DNA from: the human T2T-CHM13v2.0 reference genome, Homo sapiens
Assembly (NCBI RefSeq): GCF_009914755.1
Contig: NC_060947.1
DNA: 64,000 bases
Reading direction: 5' to 3' (one strand)
The notes beneath the pieces are model-generated. The model saw only the letters and a program-made list of their open reading frames with translations. It was not told the origin of the DNA and made no database searches. A program made the translations under genes and the position numbers. This document shows, piece by piece, positions 61,067-64,000 of this stretch (its first letter is position 1; each line of letters begins with the position of its first letter).

Positions 61067-61830
61067 TTAATCCTGTGCTCCTTCTAACTATGTCTGTATC
61101 TAAGTGCTAACTTACTAGTTTTAGCGATTAACAGCAAGTCTTCAGAGAGTCATGACAGTACATCTGCCTTTAAAATAGAAACTCTAATCTTCTCCCTTGA
61201 CAAAACCGTGCTGAAAGTTCTACAGAAGAAAAAATAAAGGAAAGGGTGAAAGCCCAGGTTACCTTCATACCACCACTGCCATTAACTACTTTTCAATCTT
61301 TCTCCACGACAGTATGAGTCCCAGGCAGCCATAGGTCCAAATTCCAGGTTTACGGCAAAGAGTAACAAGCATTTGGAAACACATCCAAATCCTCACGCCT
61401 ATGTTCTCAGGGAAGAAAATCAAGAGCTTTCGGCCAACATTAACATTGGATTCTCACACTACAACCACAGTGTTTTGCTACTCTGATGGGGTGACTGTAT
61501 TCAGAGCCAAGTACAGCGACCCAAGATCGGAAAGCCAGAGAGCCCTCCGAATGCTTACTGCCCAAATGTGGCCTGTCTCCAAGTGCTCCCTTTTTACGCA
61601 TTTCCTACGCACCGCCAGCTGCCGCAACCTTTTGCAGAGTCATCATCGCCTCCTCATTTTTGTACCCACTTACCGATAGGCCACTGAGAGGCTAAGATTC
61701 TGGGTTAATTTCTAGTGGATCTGGCCACAGCATAGGAGAACTCCAACTCAGGTTGATCCCTTCACTCAGCTAAAAAGGTAGTTCTCTGCAAGGCCTGCTA
61801 GCCCAAGATGGCCAAGCAAAGACAGCTTAC

Positions 61831-61905
61831 CTCCCCCCTCGCCATTTTGCAACCTTAATTACCCGAATGCTGAGCGCCTCCCCTCCCCGGCACTCCGTCT
61901 GAAAT
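61831..61905 (-). ncRNA. FTX: Candidate alternative FTX first exon (proximal promoter)
   Basis: Strong minus-strand donor GAG|GTAAGC at 61831/61830; YY1 motif CGCCATTTT at 61840; NRF1-type site at 61906; TSS position uncertain. Confidence 0.55.
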
Positions 61906-62856
61906 ACGCATGCGCGCCGCTTCCTCCTTACCGTTCTCCCCAACCATCCAGATGTTGTCTCAAATATGCATGAGCGCCACCTCTACCTCCCAAACGCTGG
62001 TACCAACTCCTAGCAACTTTGCGTTGTTAAATATGCCTGCGAGTCCTTCACTTCCCGACCTTCCAACCCTCCAACCCCGACGCCATTCAAGCCTTGCGCA
62101 TGCGTGCCTCCCTCTCCCCACCCCCGCCCCACTGGAGCCCGTCCCCTTAACTCAGGTCTTCTCAAATACTGTAAGCTTGAGCGCCGCCCCTCGGCGCCGC
62201 GCCTCCTCATCCAGCCTCTCAAATACCCTGCGCACCGCGATAGTCCTCTCTCTTCTTGCTCCCATTTGTATACAGTATGCATGCCTGATGCTATCTGGAC
62301 GTGTTTCTCGCCACAATTCTGCCCCAGTGCCCAAGGAGAGCCATTACCAGCCTTCCCTAATGCGGGTAGATGCGATAAACTAGGGAAGTTGAATCGGGGA
62401 AAGAAGGCGTTGCAGGTGATCAGAGTGAATCCCAGATCTAGATGGAATCGGTCCCAACTCCAAGGGAGGGGGCTAGAGTACCCCAGGATTCACATAAGAC
62501 CGGTCAACCTGAACAAAGGCAAGGAAAACTTTCACAAACCATCGGATGAACATAATCCTAAGGCCTCGCCCTTTAAATACATCTGCTACAAATGACGAAC
62601 CACAAATGTTTTAAACAGGGAACATTATGGAAAACACCGATGCTCAGGTGCCTTGACTCTAGTTAGAGGAAAGGAATCCGCATTCCTTTCACAATGGGAA
62701 GCAAATGCTCAACATCCTTTTGGAAAACTGGGGCCTGTAACGTATTCCATTTTTTCCTCCCGTGAACTGGAAAAATGCACAAATTAAGGATCTTCCTGGC
62801 CCAAGTTCCCTCCGCCGCCCTCCATGTTCTGTTCTTCCCCTACATCGTTCCTTTAC

Positions 62857-63080
62857 CTCCTGGTTGAATTCAGTGTCGTAGCAGGAATTCTTAGAGCTGG
62901 CCGTCCCAAGATGGGGTGGAGAGAGCGGCATGAAAGAGAGAGAGAGAGAGAGACACGCCTGAATGGCAGCAGCAGGCCTTAGCGGCAATGGACAGCAGGC
63001 ACAGGACCAGCTTTGCCTCGAGCCGCAACGCTGATGCCAGAAAAGGACAACCTCTCCAGAATCGCCGCAGTGTGCTTCCA
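62857..63080 (-). ncRNA. FTX: FTX first exon (distal promoter)
   Basis: Minus-strand donor GGAG|GTAAAG at 62857/62856; starts next to NRF1 palindrome GCGCATGCGC (63081-63090) and GC boxes; contains a (TC)n tract. Confidence 0.75.
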
Positions 63081-63485
63081 GCGCATGCGCTGCTAACGCC
63101 CCTTAACCCCCCCTCCGCGCCCCGCCTCCCCCACGCGCCGCTCTCCAGCCTCTAGGAGTCTAACCCTTAGCGGTCCACCGACCTCCTTCACTTCTTTCCC
63201 AGGACGCTATCTCACTCTGCTTCTTCCACCTTTCCCCTCCCCTCGGTCACACTGGCCTCCACCATCATCCCTCCCTCAGCCCATACTTCTTTCGTCAATC
63301 CCTCTCCCATTATTCTTAGCCCACCATCTACCTTTATTTCCTCTGCTATCGTTAGTGGTCTACCCTCCAATTCTTCACTTTCCCTGCCAGTCTGCAGCCC
63401 TCTTGGGCCTCTTACTCCTCTCCTCCTATGCCTGATGTTGAAATTTGTAAAAATTACCGCAAAAATTTTTTTTTAAATAATTGTA

Positions 63486-63789
63486 GCCCGGGCGCGGTGG
63501 CTCACACCTGTAATCCCAGCACTTTGGGAGGCCGAGGTGGACGGAACCCTTGAGTTCAGGAGTTCGAGACCAGCTCGGGTGACATGGCGAAACCCCGTCT
63601 CTACAAATAAATACAAAAATTAGCCGGGCGTGGTGGTGCGCACCTGTACTCCCAGCTATTCAGAAGGCTGAGGTGGAAGAATCACTCGAGCCCAGGAAGT
63701 CGAGGCTACAGTGAGCTATGATTGTGCCAGCTATGATGTTGCCAGCCTGGGCAACAGAGTGAGACCCCATCTCAAAAAAAGAAAAAAAA
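63486..63789 (+). mobile_element. AluJ, CpG-retaining
   Basis: J-type right arm with intact CpGs. Confidence 0.88.
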
Positions 63790-64000
63790 TATTTCCACAC
63801 ATCCTCTCCAAAGCAGCTCTCAGGGTGAGCTCAACCAGCCTGTCTTGGGCAAAGAGAACACCTTTTTGATGATGACCCACAGGGAAGATCCAGAGACAGG
63901 GAACCAGAACAAAAACTGCAAAAGTGTTCAATCAATTTGGGGGTAAGAGGCAGTAGACCACCAACATGGAAAGCTCTTTTCTTTCTATTCACAACCCTGG

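Larger units (their letters stand above)
61540..63180. promoter_or_regulatory. CpG-rich FTX promoter region with NRF1, YY1 and GC-box motifs
   Basis: CpG density far above the rest of the window; NRF1-type GCGCATGCGC variants at 61906, 62095, 63081; YY1 AAGATGGC/GCCATTTT at 61805 and 61841; CCCCGCC boxes at ~62123 and ~63120. Confidence 0.85.

Noticed and set aside
61910-62595. 157-aa and 163-aa plus-strand ORFs
   Set aside because: Low-complexity Pro/Ser-rich translations expected from GC-rich promoter DNA; no recognisable domain

Overview
Primate, almost certainly human, X-chromosome DNA from the X-inactivation centre. It covers the 5' part of the lncRNA gene FTX on the minus strand: a CpG-rich multi-promoter region at ~61.5-63.2 kb, several short exons, and the intronic MIR545/MIR374A cluster at 56.6-56.9 kb, recognised from the miRNA sequences. 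No credible protein-coding gene is present. The rest is intronic and rich in repeats: about 40 Alu/FLAM copies, old L1/L2/MIR, MER DNA transposons, solo LTRs and a 7SL pseudogene. The most striking structure is a 6.6-kb ERV1 (MER61/HUERS-P3-like) element at 23391-29957 shaped like a viral mRNA (R-U5-PBS-internal-U3-R-polyA) between 13-bp target-site duplications. That makes it an L1-retrotransposed processed ERV pseudogene outside HERV-W. Also notable: duplicated splice-donor modules, a repeated NRF1/YY1 promoter module, a TE-poor ~11-kb domain with degenerate internal repeats, an orphan retro-insertion and local duplications. Repeat subfamily names and boundaries were read by eye and are approximate. 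Exon calls rest on splice motifs, not transcript data.
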